Assembly: GCA_965250285.1 (NCBI GenBank)
Contig: OZ252299.1
Location: forward strand, 5,120,001 to 5,184,000
Direction: 5' to 3'
DNA from: Myxococcota bacterium
GTDB lineage: Bacteria > Myxococcota_A > UBA9160 > UBA4427
Length of the DNA stretch: 64,000 nucleotides
The translations under genes were made by a program, and so were the position numbers. Numbering within the stretch: position 1 is the stretch's first letter; each line of letters opens with the position of its first letter. Positions 9,688-19,762 of this stretch are shown one piece after another. The notes under the pieces were generated by a model that did no database searches, had not been told where the DNA came from, and saw only the letters and a program-made list of their open reading frames with translations.

Positions 9688-11955
9688 ATGCCTGCCATCG
9701 AAACCACCCCCGAGCTCGCTGCCCAGACCTACGACCGCATGAAGGAGCGGCTCGCGATCGTACGCGAGCGCCTCGATCGACCGCTGACCTACGCCGAGAA
9801 GGTGCTGCTCGGGCACCTCGACGACCCCAAGGGCCAGGAGCTCGACCCCGGGGAGAGCTACCTGCTGCTGCGCCCCGATCGCATCGCGATGCAGGACGCG
9901 ACGGCGCAGATGGCGCTGCTCCAGTTCATGCAGGCGGGCAAGGATGAGACGGCGGTGCCGACCACGGTGCACTGCGACCATCTGATTCAGGCTTACAAGG
10001 GCAGCCTCGTCGACCTGGCCGAGGCCCGGAACAGCAACGCCGAGGTCTACGCCTTCCTGCGCAGCTGCTCGGCGCGCTACGGCATCGGCTTCTGGGGACC
10101 GGGCGCCGGCATCATCCATCAGGTGGTGCTCGAGAAGTACGCCTACCCCGGCGGCATGATGCTCGGCACCGACTCGCACACGCCGAACGCCGGCGGCCTC
10201 GGCATGTTCGCCTGTGGTGTGGGCGGCGCCGACGCGGTCGACGTGATGGCGGGCTTTCCGTGGGAGGTGCTCTACCCGAACAAGGTCGGCGTGCTGCTGA
10301 CCGGCGAGCTCGGCGGCTGGTCGTCGCCGAAGGACGTGATCCTGAAGGTGCTCGACGAGCTGACCGTGAAGGGCGGCACCAACCGGGTGGTCGAGTACTT
10401 CGGCCCGGGTGCCGAGTCGATCAGCTGCACCGGCAAGGGCACGATCACGAACATGGGCGCCGAGCTCGGCGCCACGACGTCGATCTTCCCCTACGACGCG
10501 CGCATGCGGACGTACCTCGATGCGACCGAGCGCAGCGCGCTGGCCGACGTCGCCGACGCGAATCGCGAGCTGCTCTCGCAGGATCCCGAGATCGCGGCCG
10601 ATCCCGGCAAGTACTTCGACGTGCTCGTCGAGATCGATCTGTCGAAGCTCGAGCCGCACATCGTGGGGCCGCACACGCCCGATCTCGCGCGCCCCGTCTC
10701 GATGATGGGCTCGGACGCGAAGTCGAACGACTATCCGATGGATCTGACCAGCGCGCTGATCGGCTCGTGCACGAACAGCTCGTACGAAGACATGAGCCGC
10801 GCGGCCGACGTCGCACGCCAGGCCAAGGCGGCGGGCATCGAGCCGAAGATTCCGCTGATGGTGACGCCCGGCAGCGAGCAGGTGAACCAGACCATCGAGC
10901 GCGACGGCCAGATGGCCGATCTCGAGGCGATCGGCGCGACGGTCCTCGCCAACGCCTGCGGGCCGTGCATCGGCCAGTGGAAGCGCGATGACATCGAGAA
11001 GGGCACCCGCAACTCGATCATCAACTCGTACAACCGCAACTTCCCGAAGCGCGCCGACGGCAACCCCGAGACGTACTCGTTCATCGGGAGCCCCGAGGTC
11101 GTCGTGGCGTACGCGCTCGCCGGATCGCTCGACTTCGATCCGATCCACGACAACGTGCCCGGCACCGATGTGAAGCTCGACCCGCCCGGCGAGGCGCCCG
11201 AGATCCCCGCCGACGGCTTCGTCATCAGCTACGAGGGCTACGAGGGCCCGCCGGCCGATCGCACGGGCGTGACCGTCGATGTGAAGGACGACAGCGAGCG
11301 GCTGCAGCTGCTCACGCCGTTCAGTGAGTGGAACGGCCAGGACTACGTGAAGCTGCCCCTTCTGCTCAAGGCTCAGGGCAAGTGCACGACCGACCACATC
11401 TCGATGGCCGGCCCGTGGCTCCGCTTTCGGGGCCACCTCGACAACATCAGCGACAACATGTTCATCGGCGCGATCAACGCGTTCACCGGCGATGCGGGCG
11501 AGGGGCTCGATCAGCTCTCGGGCGAGAAGGGCGTGTCCTTCCCGAAGATCGCGCGCCACTACAAGAGCGAGGGGCTGCGCTGGGTGGTCGTCGGCGACGA
11601 GAACTACGGCGAGGGATCGAGTCGCGAGCACGCGGCGATGAGCCCGCGGCACCTCGGCGCGGCGGCGGTGATCGTGCGGAGCTTCGCGCGCATCCACGAG
11701 TCGAACCTGAAGAAGCAGGGCGTTCTGCCGCTCACGTTCGACGACCCGGCCGACTACGACAAGGTGCAGGAGACCGACAAGATCTCGATCGTCGGCCTCG
11801 CGAGCCTGAAGCCCGACGTGCCGCTGCAGGTGACCCTCGATCACGCCGATGGCAGCGAGGACACGATCACCGTGAATCACACGCTCAACGATGAGCAGAT
11901 CGAGTGGTTCAAGGCGGGGTCGGCGCTGAACCTGCTGCGCGCGCAGGCCGGCTGA
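9688..11955 (+). CDS. Aconitate hydratase (mitochondrial-like type)
   Basis: MQDATAQMA, VHCDHLI, GTDSHTPN, IGSCTNSSYED, CGPCIGQW, KCTTDHIS and GSSREHAA. GGAG SD. Confidence 0.95.
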   Translation: MPAIETTPELAAQTYDRMKERLAIVRERLDRPLTYAEKVLLGHLDDPKGQELDPGESYLLLRPDRIAMQDATAQMALLQFMQAGKDETAVPTTVHCDHLIQAYKGSLVDLAEARNSNAEVYAFLRSCSARYGIGFWGPGAGIIHQVVLEKYAYPGGMMLGTDSHTPNAGGLGMFACGVGGADAVDVMAGFPWEVLYPNKVGVLLTGELGGWSSPKDVILKVLDELTVKGGTNRVVEYFGPGAESISCTGKGTITNMGAELGATTSIFPYDARMRTYLDATERSALADVADANRELLSQDPEIAADPGKYFDVLVEIDLSKLEPHIVGPHTPDLARPVSMMGSDAKSNDYPMDLTSALIGSCTNSSYEDMSRAADVARQAKAAGIEPKIPLMVTPGSEQVNQTIERDGQMADLEAIGATVLANACGPCIGQWKRDDIEKGTRNSIINSYNRNFPKRADGNPETYSFIGSPEVVVAYALAGSLDFDPIHDNVPGTDVKLDPPGEAPEIPADGFVISYEGYEGPPADRTGVTVDVKDDSERLQLLTPFSEWNGQDYVKLPLLLKAQGKCTTDHISMAGPWLRFRGHLDNISDNMFIGAINAFTGDAGEGLDQLSGEKGVSFPKIARHYKSEGLRWVVVGDENYGEGSSREHAAMSPRHLGAAAVIVRSFARIHESNLKKQGVLPLTFDDPADYDKVQETDKISIVGLASLKPDVPLQVTLDHADGSEDTITVNHTLNDEQIEWFKAGSALNLLRAQAG

Positions 11956-12158
11956 AGCCGCCTGCGATCGTGCGATGCTCGGCGTCCAGGCGTCGGCGCA
12001 CTCGAGCGAGCGAGCCGATCTGCCCTCGAACGGGTCGAAACGGTGACAGGGCGATGCACCCCCTTGCTGCCGCCGCGAGGCGGCGCATGCTTGAGATGAT
12101 TCGTCCTTCCGACCATCAGACCGGCGCGCTTCTCACGCGTGCGTGATTTGGGGGGCCC

Positions 12159-13091
12159 GTGGCCTCGCCCACCGTCGTCATCGTGAACCCCGAGAGCAAC
12201 GGCGGCCGGACGCGCGTGCGCTGGCCCGCGCTCGAGGGTCGGCTGCGCGACGCAGTGGGAAAGGTCGAGATCGTCGAGACCGACGGGCCTGGCGGCGGTG
12301 ACCGTGCAGCGCGCGAAGCCGCGCGGGCCGGCGCCGATCGCATCGTGGTCGTCGGGGGGGACGGCAGCCTTTCGGAAGCCGCGACCGGCGTGCTCGACGA
12401 AGGCTTTGGCGACCGCATCGCCCTCGGCTGGCTGCCGATGGGAACGGGCTGCGACTTCGGTCGCAGTGTCGGCGTGTCGCGGGACCCCGCCCGCGCATTG
12501 GCCTCGCTCGCACGTGGAGCGCGACGCCGCGTCGACGTCGGCGCGATCACGTTCGAAGGCGAAGGCGGTGTCGAGCGCACGCGCCGCTTCCTGAACGTCG
12601 CGAGCTTCGGCCTGTCGGGACTGACCGACCTGCACGTCGCGCGGGCGGGCCGTTCACTCGGACCGACGGCCGCCTTTCTGATCGGCAGTCTGCGCGCGAT
12701 TCGCGACTACGCTCCGCCGCTCGTCGGCATCGACATCGACGGCGAGCGCGTGTTCGAAGGCGAGGTCGCGATGGCCGTCGCGGCGAACGGCCGCTTCTTC
12801 GGCAGCGGCATGGAGATCGCCCCGGGCGCCGTCGTCGACGATGGGCTGTTGACCGTGCTCGTCGTGTCGTGGATGTCGAAGCCACGCCTCGTCGCCAATC
12901 TGCCGTCGCTCTACCGCGGCACCCACGTGACCCATCCCAACGTGACGGTGCTGTCGGGCAAGCGGATGGAGGCGCATGCGCTGCGCGGTGAGGCCTTGCT
13001 CGACGTCGACGGCGAGCCGCTCGGCGCGCTGCCGGCCACGGTCGAACTCGTGCCGTCGGCCCTCGAGCTCTTCGGCGTCGAACCGGCATGA
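12159..13091 (+). CDS. Diacylglycerol/sphingosine kinase family lipid kinase (YegS/BmrU-like)
   Basis: IVNP, VGGDGS, PMGTGCDF, ANGRFFGSGM and DVDGE motifs. Confidence 0.9.
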   Translation: MASPTVVIVNPESNGGRTRVRWPALEGRLRDAVGKVEIVETDGPGGGDRAAREAARAGADRIVVVGGDGSLSEAATGVLDEGFGDRIALGWLPMGTGCDFGRSVGVSRDPARALASLARGARRRVDVGAITFEGEGGVERTRRFLNVASFGLSGLTDLHVARAGRSLGPTAAFLIGSLRAIRDYAPPLVGIDIDGERVFEGEVAMAVAANGRFFGSGMEIAPGAVVDDGLLTVLVVSWMSKPRLVANLPSLYRGTHVTHPNVTVLSGKRMEAHALRGEALLDVDGEPLGALPATVELVPSALELFGVEPA

Positions 13092-14053
13092 GCCTCTTCG
13101 ACGACATTCGCGCCGGCGCCGCCGAGGTTGCGCGCCGGGCGCGCTTCGTGCGCATCGACGAGGCCGGGCTCGACGCGCTGGCCGATGTCCTCGTGGCGGA
13201 GAAGGTGCCGCCCCCGAGCCAGGACCCGGCGCATCATCCCTTCGAAGACGACGACGAGAAGGCGATCTCGTTCATCGTGACGCTCGACGCGGTGAACTTC
13301 GGCTCGGGCTACTTCCCCCACCTCGTGAAGCGCGAAGGCAAGTCGGGCTACTTCACGATCGCCGGCGGACTCGAAGATCATGTGCGCGCGCACGGTCCGC
13401 TCGACGCGGCGGCGCTGCGGCAGGCCACGGTTCAGTCGTGCAGCGCGCTCTTCGCGCAGCCCCTCGACGACCCGGCCCGCGCCGAGCTGATGGGGCTCTT
13501 CGCGAAGGCGTGGAACGAGCTCGGGGCGAGGCTCGATTCACATCACGGCGGCTCGTTCGTCGCGCTCGTCGCTTCGGCCGAAGGGCGCGCCGAGGCGCTG
13601 GTGCGCGAGCTCGCCGAGCTCTCGTGCTACCGCGACGAGTCGGTGTACGACGGCAAGGTACGTGTCCCCCTCTACAAGCGGGCGCAGATCACGGTGAGCG
13701 ATCTCAACGAGGCGTTCGGCGGGGCGGGCCCCGGTGCCTTTGCCGACCTCGACGATCTGACGATGTTCCCCGACAACCTCGTGCCCCACGTGCTGCGGGT
13801 GGAGGGCGTGCTCGAGTACGACGCCGATCTGCTCGCGCGAATCGATGCGGGCGAGCTCCTCGAGGTAGGGACGCCCGAGGAGATCGAGATTCGCGCCGTG
13901 GGCCTGCACGCGGTCGAGCGCCTCGTCGCGGCGTGTCGCGCGCGGGGGCTCGAGACGAATGCGCCTTCGCTCGACCATCGGCTCTGGCATCGTGGTCAGG
14001 ATCCGCGCATCAAGGCCCATCCGCGGCACCGAGCGCGCTGCACCTTCTACTAG
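13088..14053 (+). CDS. Queuosine salvage family protein (DUF2419/QNG1-like glycosylase)
   Basis: LDAVNFGSG, YKRAQI, LTMFPDNLVPHVLR, EEIEIRA and LDHRLW, ending ..CTFY. ATGA overlap with the lipid kinase gene. Confidence 0.85.
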   Translation: MSLFDDIRAGAAEVARRARFVRIDEAGLDALADVLVAEKVPPPSQDPAHHPFEDDDEKAISFIVTLDAVNFGSGYFPHLVKREGKSGYFTIAGGLEDHVRAHGPLDAAALRQATVQSCSALFAQPLDDPARAELMGLFAKAWNELGARLDSHHGGSFVALVASAEGRAEALVRELAELSCYRDESVYDGKVRVPLYKRAQITVSDLNEAFGGAGPGAFADLDDLTMFPDNLVPHVLRVEGVLEYDADLLARIDAGELLEVGTPEEIEIRAVGLHAVERLVAACRARGLETNAPSLDHRLWHRGQDPRIKAHPRHRARCTFY

Positions 14054-14105
14054 GGGGACTCGGGCTCCTAGGGACCTCGGGTCCTCGTCGTCGCGAGCCG
14101 CGCGC

Positions 14106-15416
14106 TCAGAAGAGGCTGCCCGACCGCGCCCCCTTCTTGGAGTCGGGGGCCAGCGCGTCGAGCGCATCCTTGATCGCCGCGACCTGGGCCTCATCCAGGC
14201 CATAGCGTGCGAGCGCACCCCAGGGCTGCATCTCGATGCCGTGGGGCGTGTCGCCCTCGAGCGCGACGATCAGAAAGGCCATGCGATCGCCGATGCGGAG
14301 CAGCGCGGGTCGCAGCTCGGTCTCGAGGTCGTAGGGCGGCTTCGCGTCGTCGTCGGCTTCGACCCGTTGCTGGATCGCCTTGGCCGCTTCGATCTGTGTC
14401 CGGTAGAAGGCGCGCACCCTGGTCTCGTCGGGGGGCGCTACGCCCTGGCGCGCCGCTTCGGCCGAGACGGCACGCCAGGCCGCGTCGAGCACGACCGCTT
14501 CGCGCTCGGGCACGGCGATCGGTAGATCGTGCGCGCGCTTGTAGAGCGCGACGTACGGCATCAGCGCGAGCCGCTCGTCGACGGCGGCGACGATGGCTGC
14601 GACGACGCTCGCATAGGCGTCGACCGGGTCGATGCCGAGTTCGTTCTGCTGCAGATCGAGCAGAGCGCGTCGCCCGCGCGGCGTTTCGAGCCAGGCATCG
14701 AGCTCGGCCAACAGCTCGGTCTGGCCGGGTGCGGCGAATACGGCCTTGCGGTCGAGGGTGAGCGGGCCGAGCTGTAGCCAGTCGGGATGATCATCGCGCC
14801 AGACCGGCGACTCGCGCGTGTCGGTCACGACGGCGTCGACCTCGTCGCGCGCGAGCAGGCCGGGCACGGCCTCGTTGGGGCTGGTCGGCACGATCTCGGC
14901 CTTCGGGAAGCGTTCACGGGCCACGCGTTCGAGATGTCCACCGCGGTTCACGGCGATGCGGCGCTTCGCCGAGTTCAGATCACCGAGGGTGAGCTTCGGT
15001 GAAGAGACGAGCACGACCGCACTCGTCCGCGCGAGCGGCACGCTGAAGGTGCCGACGACGGAGCGATCGGGCCGCACGGTGATGCCGCTCGCCGCGAGAT
15101 CGAAGCGGCCCGCGCGGGCGTCTTCGATCAGCTCCGGCCAGGTGAACCGCACCCATTCGATGCGTCGTCCGGTCGCGCGCGACCAGCTCCGCAGCAGCTC
15201 CGGCGAGAAGCCGCGTGGCTTCTCGGCGTTCTCGGGCCAGATGCTGAACGGGGCGTAGTCGCCGCTCGTCGCGACGCGCACGGTCTCGCTCGCGGCCGGC
15301 TCGGGTGAAGCGTTCGGCCGAGCCCCGCAGGCGAACAGCCAGATCGCGGTGAGCGCGACCAGGCTGCAGGCCAGGCGGCGCGAGGCGAACCCAGCATGCG
15401 TCGGGTGTGTCTTCAT
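14106..15416 (-). CDS. Exported cyclohexadienyl dehydratase-like domain fused to AroQ-gamma chorismate mutase; predicted lipoprotein
   Basis: Lipobox-like LFAC. PheC-like VATSGDYAPFS, FTWPEL, SGIT and VNRGG. C-terminal ERLALMPYVALYK, REAVVL, QIEAAKAIQ and LRPAL are typical of AroQ-gamma. Confidence 0.8.
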   Translation of the reverse strand: MKTHPTHAGFASRRLACSLVALTAIWLFACGARPNASPEPAASETVRVATSGDYAPFSIWPENAEKPRGFSPELLRSWSRATGRRIEWVRFTWPELIEDARAGRFDLAASGITVRPDRSVVGTFSVPLARTSAVVLVSSPKLTLGDLNSAKRRIAVNRGGHLERVARERFPKAEIVPTSPNEAVPGLLARDEVDAVVTDTRESPVWRDDHPDWLQLGPLTLDRKAVFAAPGQTELLAELDAWLETPRGRRALLDLQQNELGIDPVDAYASVVAAIVAAVDERLALMPYVALYKRAHDLPIAVPEREAVVLDAAWRAVSAEAARQGVAPPDETRVRAFYRTQIEAAKAIQQRVEADDDAKPPYDLETELRPALLRIGDRMAFLIVALEGDTPHGIEMQPWGALARYGLDEAQVAAIKDALDALAPDSKKGARSGSLF

Positions 15417-15565
15417 ACGGGGGATCTTAGGCGCTGCGGCTCGGGGTTTCGCCCACCCGCGCCCCATCGAAGCCGCATGATTCGCCGGGTCCCACCCGCA
15501 ATGAAGGCATCGCGATCGTGGCGGAATTCGGTGTGAGATGCCGAATTCGGGCGGTTCGCGGCTGA

Positions 15566-15594
15566 TTGACCCTCTTCGTCAGTTCGCGTAAGAT
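15566..15594 (+). promoter_or_regulatory. Sigma70-type promoter of the cold-shock domain gene
   Basis: TTGACC (15566-71), 17-nt spacer, TAAGAT (15589-94). Confidence 0.65.
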
Positions 15595-15704
15595 CCCGCG
15601 CCATCTGAGGGCCTCCCCCCGATCCCGAAGTACTTCTCGCGCGTCGCCGCGCACCCAAGAACCGGCGACGTGCTGCGGCCCCCTGCTCTCTCGAGGTGAT
15701 TTCC

Positions 15705-16187
15705 ATGCAGAACATCGAAGAAATCGAGTCGGGTCTGCTCGTGACGCACAAGGCGACGGGCCTTCGCTACTCCGTCGTCGAGGCGGAAGACGAAGAGGTG
15801 CTGCTCTCGCCCGAGCAGGACGGTCTCCAGGATCTCACGATGCCGCTCGAGCTCTTTCAGCAGGAGTTCGTGGCGTCGGATCGCTTCCGCGGCACCAATC
15901 CGCGCCGCCGCGGACGCGGGGGTCGAGGTCGTCGCGCACAGGCAGCCCCCGCCGCACCGACCGGACCCAAGTGCAAAGGCAAGATCAAGAAGATGGTGCG
16001 CGATCGTGGCTTCGGGTTCATTCGCGGCGACGACGGCAAGGAAGTCTTCTTTCACCGATCGGGCCTGAACGCGGCCGAGTACGACGGTCTGAACGAGGGT
16101 GATCCGGTCGAGTACGTCGTTCAGGAAGGCCCGCGCGGCGCGCGCGCCGAGAACGTAAAGTTCGCCCAGAGCACGCCCGCCAGCTGA
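15705..16187 (+). CDS. Cold-shock domain protein with N-terminal extension
   Basis: C-terminal CSD with RNP1 RGFGFI and RNP2 VFFHRS, ending GPRGARAENV. GAGGTG SD. Confidence 0.88.
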   Translation: MQNIEEIESGLLVTHKATGLRYSVVEAEDEEVLLSPEQDGLQDLTMPLELFQQEFVASDRFRGTNPRRRGRGGRGRRAQAAPAAPTGPKCKGKIKKMVRDRGFGFIRGDDGKEVFFHRSGLNAAEYDGLNEGDPVEYVVQEGPRGARAENVKFAQSTPAS

Positions 16188-16274
16188 TCCGCCTCCTCCT
16201 ACGCCTCCGCCCCCGAAGCTGAAGCGAGACACGCCGCCGCGCGCACAGCGCCCGTGCGTCGCAGCACCTCGACT

Positions 16275-17921
16275 TCAGGCGAAGCGGTGCACGATCGGCA
16301 GGCGGCGACCGCTCCCGAATGCCTTGGGCGTCGTGCGCAGCACGAGCGGTGTCTGTCGACGCTTGTACTCGTTGCGATCGAGTCGGCGCGCGATCGCCTG
16401 GGCTTCTTCGAGCGTGCATCCTGGCGGCGGTTCGATCGTCTCGACGTTGCGCTCGCCCTCGATCATCTGCTCGAGTACGTCGTCGAGCACGTCGTAGTCG
16501 GGTAGCTCGTTCGAGTCGAGCTGACCCGGGGCGAGCTCGGCCGAGGGCGGCTTCTCGATCGTGTTCCACGGGATGCGCTCGCCGTCGCGATTCATGTGGC
16601 GGGCAAGCGCGTAGACGTCGTGCTTGTACACGTCGCCGAGCACTGCGAGCCCACCGACCGTGTCGCCGTAGAGCGTGCAGTACCCCACCGACAGCTCGCT
16701 CTTGTTGCCGGTCGCGAGCACGAGCCGGTTCTGTTCGTTCGAGATCGCCATCAGCACCGCGCCTCGAATGCGCGACTGGATGTTCTGCTGCGTCAACCCG
16801 TAGTCGTTGCGCTCACCGAAGAGCTGGCCGAACACGCGGCGGTAGTCGTCGTACATCGGCGTGATGTCGACCTGGTGAAACTCGATACCGAGCTTCTCGG
16901 CGAGTCGCCGGGCATCCTCGATGCTGTGATCGGACGAGTACGGGCTCGGCAGCGCGACGCCCGAGACGCGCTCGGCGCCGAGCGCCTCGACCGCGAGCAC
17001 GGCCGTGACCGCCGAGTCGATGCCGCCTGACAGGCCGATGACGGCGCCCGGCGGCAGGTTCTGCTTGAGGAAGTAGTCGCGGATGCCGAGCACGAGCCCC
17101 GCTTCGATCTCCCCCGCGCGCGTCGGGATCGGCGGCGTCACCTCGGGCGCTTCGCCGTCGCCCGGCAGCGGCACGTCGACGACCTGCACGCCGCTCTCGA
17201 AGAGCGGCATCGCCGCGATGAGTCGACCCGTGGCGTCGACGACGAACGAGCCCCCGTCGAACACGAGCTCGTCGTTGCCACCGACCTGGTTCACGAAGAC
17301 GATCGGCGCCCCGTGCTCGCGCGCGAGCTCGGCGAGCATCTCGCGTCGCGCGTCTCCCTTGCCGACGTGCCACGGTGACGCCGAAGGGTTGACGATCAGC
17401 TTCGCACCCGCCGCGACCTGCTCGGCCACCGGGTTGACGTCGTACTGGATGCGCGAGACCCAGCTGTCTTCGCAGACCGCCACGCCGATCGGCGCCGCGA
17501 AGCCGGGCACCTGCGCGACGTCGCGTTTCTGAGCGCGGGCGAAGTAGCGCCGCTCGTCGAAGACGTCGTACGTCGGCAACAGGCTCTTCGCCTGGACGGC
17601 GACGCGCTCACCGCGCGCAAGCACCACGACCGCGTTGACGAGCTCGTTCGGCCCGGGTGAATCGGCGCGGAGCACGCAGCCGACGGCGATGGCGATCTCG
17701 GGCACGGCGGCGGCCAGGGCGTCGAGCTGGGCGAGCTGCTCGTCGACGAAGCCGGTTCGGCCGAGCAGATCCATCGGCGGATAGCCGGTCAGCACCATCT
17801 CGGGGCAGACCATGAGCTCGGCTCCCGCCCCGATCGCGGCGGCCGCCGCCTCTTCGACGAGACGACGGTTGCCCTCGAGGTCGCCCACGGTCGGGTTCAG
17901 CTGTGCAAGCGCGATTCTCAT
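16275..17921 (-). CDS. nadE: Glutamine-dependent NAD+ synthetase
   Basis: CN-hydrolase domain (CPE, K.LLPTYDVFDE, VCED), then GLSGGIDS, NIQSRIRG, TGNKSE and PPSAEL. Confidence 0.95.
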   Translation of the reverse strand: MRIALAQLNPTVGDLEGNRRLVEEAAAAAIGAGAELMVCPEMVLTGYPPMDLLGRTGFVDEQLAQLDALAAAVPEIAIAVGCVLRADSPGPNELVNAVVVLARGERVAVQAKSLLPTYDVFDERRYFARAQKRDVAQVPGFAAPIGVAVCEDSWVSRIQYDVNPVAEQVAAGAKLIVNPSASPWHVGKGDARREMLAELAREHGAPIVFVNQVGGNDELVFDGGSFVVDATGRLIAAMPLFESGVQVVDVPLPGDGEAPEVTPPIPTRAGEIEAGLVLGIRDYFLKQNLPPGAVIGLSGGIDSAVTAVLAVEALGAERVSGVALPSPYSSDHSIEDARRLAEKLGIEFHQVDITPMYDDYRRVFGQLFGERNDYGLTQQNIQSRIRGAVLMAISNEQNRLVLATGNKSELSVGYCTLYGDTVGGLAVLGDVYKHDVYALARHMNRDGERIPWNTIEKPPSAELAPGQLDSNELPDYDVLDDVLEQMIEGERNVETIEPPPGCTLEEAQAIARRLDRNEYKRRQTPLVLRTTPKAFGSGRRLPIVHRFA

Positions 17922-18073
17922 CGTTTGGGGCTCTCGTTTCGGGGCTCTCTTTCGAGGGCTCTCGGTGCGGGCGCGCTGGGCTCGACTGCGATCATCGGGC
18001 GCAGTCGGTGGTTGGGCGGAGGATACCGCGAAGCACCGGATCGCGACGAGGTCCGGTCGCTAGACTGATCGCC

Positions 18074-18970
18074 ATGAGTGAACCCGAGCACGCCGAGATC
18101 ATCGGACCGGCCTCCAGCTACTTCGTCTCGCAGCGCTTGAAGCTGCACTACGTCGACTGGGGCAACGAGCACAAACCGCCTCTGATCCTCTTGCATGGCG
18201 GCAAGGACCATGCGCGCAGCTGGGACTTCGTCGCCCACGCCCTGCGCGACGACTACCACGTGATCGCGCCCGATCTGCGCGGCCACGGCGACAGCGCGTG
18301 GGCCTACGGTGGGCACTACACGATCGCCGAGTTCGTTCTCGATCTGGCGCAGCTGATCGAGACGCTCTCGCTCTCGCCGGTGACGATCGTCGCACACAGC
18401 CTGGGCGGCGCGGTCGCGCTCCACTACGCCGGCATCTACCCGGGGAACGTCGAGAAGCTGGTCGCGATCGAGGGCCTCGGTCCGCCGCCCCAGATGCTCG
18501 ACAAGCTCATCGAAGAGCCGATGTGGGATCGAACGCGCGAGTGGATCGAATCGGTGCGCGCGCTCTCGTCGCGCATGCCTCGCCGCTACGACAGCATCGA
18601 GGCGGCGGCCGATCGCATGCTCGACGAGAACTCGTTCCTCTCGACCGAGATGGCGCGTCACCTCACGGTGCATGGCGTCGCGCGCAACGAAGACGGCACG
18701 TTCAGCTGGAAGTTCGACAACTACTCGCGGCCCTTCTACCCCCAGCGCTATGACCGAGACGGCATGGGCAAGCACTGGGCGCGCATCTCGGCGCCGACTC
18801 TGCTGGTGCGTGGGACCGAGAGCTGGGCCAGCGATCCATCCAAGGACGGCCGAGCCGACGCCTTCCAGAACGCGCGCGTCGCCAACGTCGAGGGCGCCGG
18901 GCACTGGGTGCACCATGATCGGCTCGACGCTTTTCTCGACGTCGTGCGGCGCTTCCTGAAGGAGGGTTGA
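18074..18970 (+). CDS. Alpha/beta fold hydrolase
   Basis: LLHGG, DLRGHGDS, AHSLGG and AGHWVHHD. Confidence 0.9.
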   Translation: MSEPEHAEIIGPASSYFVSQRLKLHYVDWGNEHKPPLILLHGGKDHARSWDFVAHALRDDYHVIAPDLRGHGDSAWAYGGHYTIAEFVLDLAQLIETLSLSPVTIVAHSLGGAVALHYAGIYPGNVEKLVAIEGLGPPPQMLDKLIEEPMWDRTREWIESVRALSSRMPRRYDSIEAAADRMLDENSFLSTEMARHLTVHGVARNEDGTFSWKFDNYSRPFYPQRYDRDGMGKHWARISAPTLLVRGTESWASDPSKDGRADAFQNARVANVEGAGHWVHHDRLDAFLDVVRRFLKEG

Positions 18971-18984
18971 TCAGCTCGCCGAAC

Positions 18985-19647
18985 TCACGGGTAGACCTTT
19001 CGTGCAGGCGACTGACCGACCACTTCGTCCTCTGGCACCCGATGCTCTTCGAGTCCGTAGGTCTTGGTCCAGGTGTGCCACGACGGTCCCCCGGCAACCA
19101 TCACGAGGAAGACGACGCCCGAGGCGGCGAGGGCAACGAACGAGAGCAGCAAGACGGTGTCGCCGAGCGCAGCGACGGGGTGGATCGCGCCCACACCTCG
19201 CCGACGCGGCGGCGGCATCTCGACCTGAGTCGAGCGCCGTCCGTCCAGCCGAAACACGAGGACCGGGTCCTGTTTCGTGTGGACCGACTCGACGTTCAGC
19301 AGAACCTCGCAACGGGGCAGAACGTCGACCGGGGCATGGCGCACCCCCGCCTCGCCCGCGATGCCGGCCCAGTGCCACGCGTCGGCCGTGAGCGGCGTCA
19401 GGCCATGCTCACCGTCGAGCCAGAACGACAGGGTCGAACATTCGGGTCGAAGAGCGCGATAGGACGCGCTGCCTTCGCGCCGTTGATCGCCGCTGACGAC
19501 CACCCAGCGCAGCGAGCGATCGCCGCCGAGGCGCAGCCCAATGGCCGACACACGATCGCGTCCGCTCCATCGATCGCGCGTCCGGTTCGTGAGGCAGCCC
19601 GACGCGACCACGCCCACGAGCACCAGGCTGAGCATGCGAAACCACAT
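18985..19647 (-). CDS. Hypothetical protein, possible lipoprotein with C-terminal TM helix
   Basis: MWFRMLSLVLVGVVASGC lipobox-like start and a hydrophobic segment near the C-terminus. Follows the MaoC gene on the same strand. Confidence 0.5.
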   Translation of the reverse strand: MWFRMLSLVLVGVVASGCLTNRTRDRWSGRDRVSAIGLRLGGDRSLRWVVVSGDQRREGSASYRALRPECSTLSFWLDGEHGLTPLTADAWHWAGIAGEAGVRHAPVDVLPRCEVLLNVESVHTKQDPVLVFRLDGRRSTQVEMPPPRRRGVGAIHPVAALGDTVLLLSFVALAASGVVFLVMVAGGPSWHTWTKTYGLEEHRVPEDEVVGQSPARKVYP

Positions 19648-19762
19648 GCGGCCCCCGCCCCGTCGACCCACGTGTCGACCGAGCGCCCAGACCCCGCGCG
19701 TTCGGCATTGGTTCCGCCGAACTTCGGCTTCGGCTCTGATCCAGTTCTGATCCGGTTCGGGT

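Noticed and set aside
14051..14087. Short imperfect repeat TAGGGGGACTCGGGCTCC / TAGGGACCTCGGGTCCTC
   Set aside because: Only two degenerate copies, most simply a hairpin region between convergent genes.
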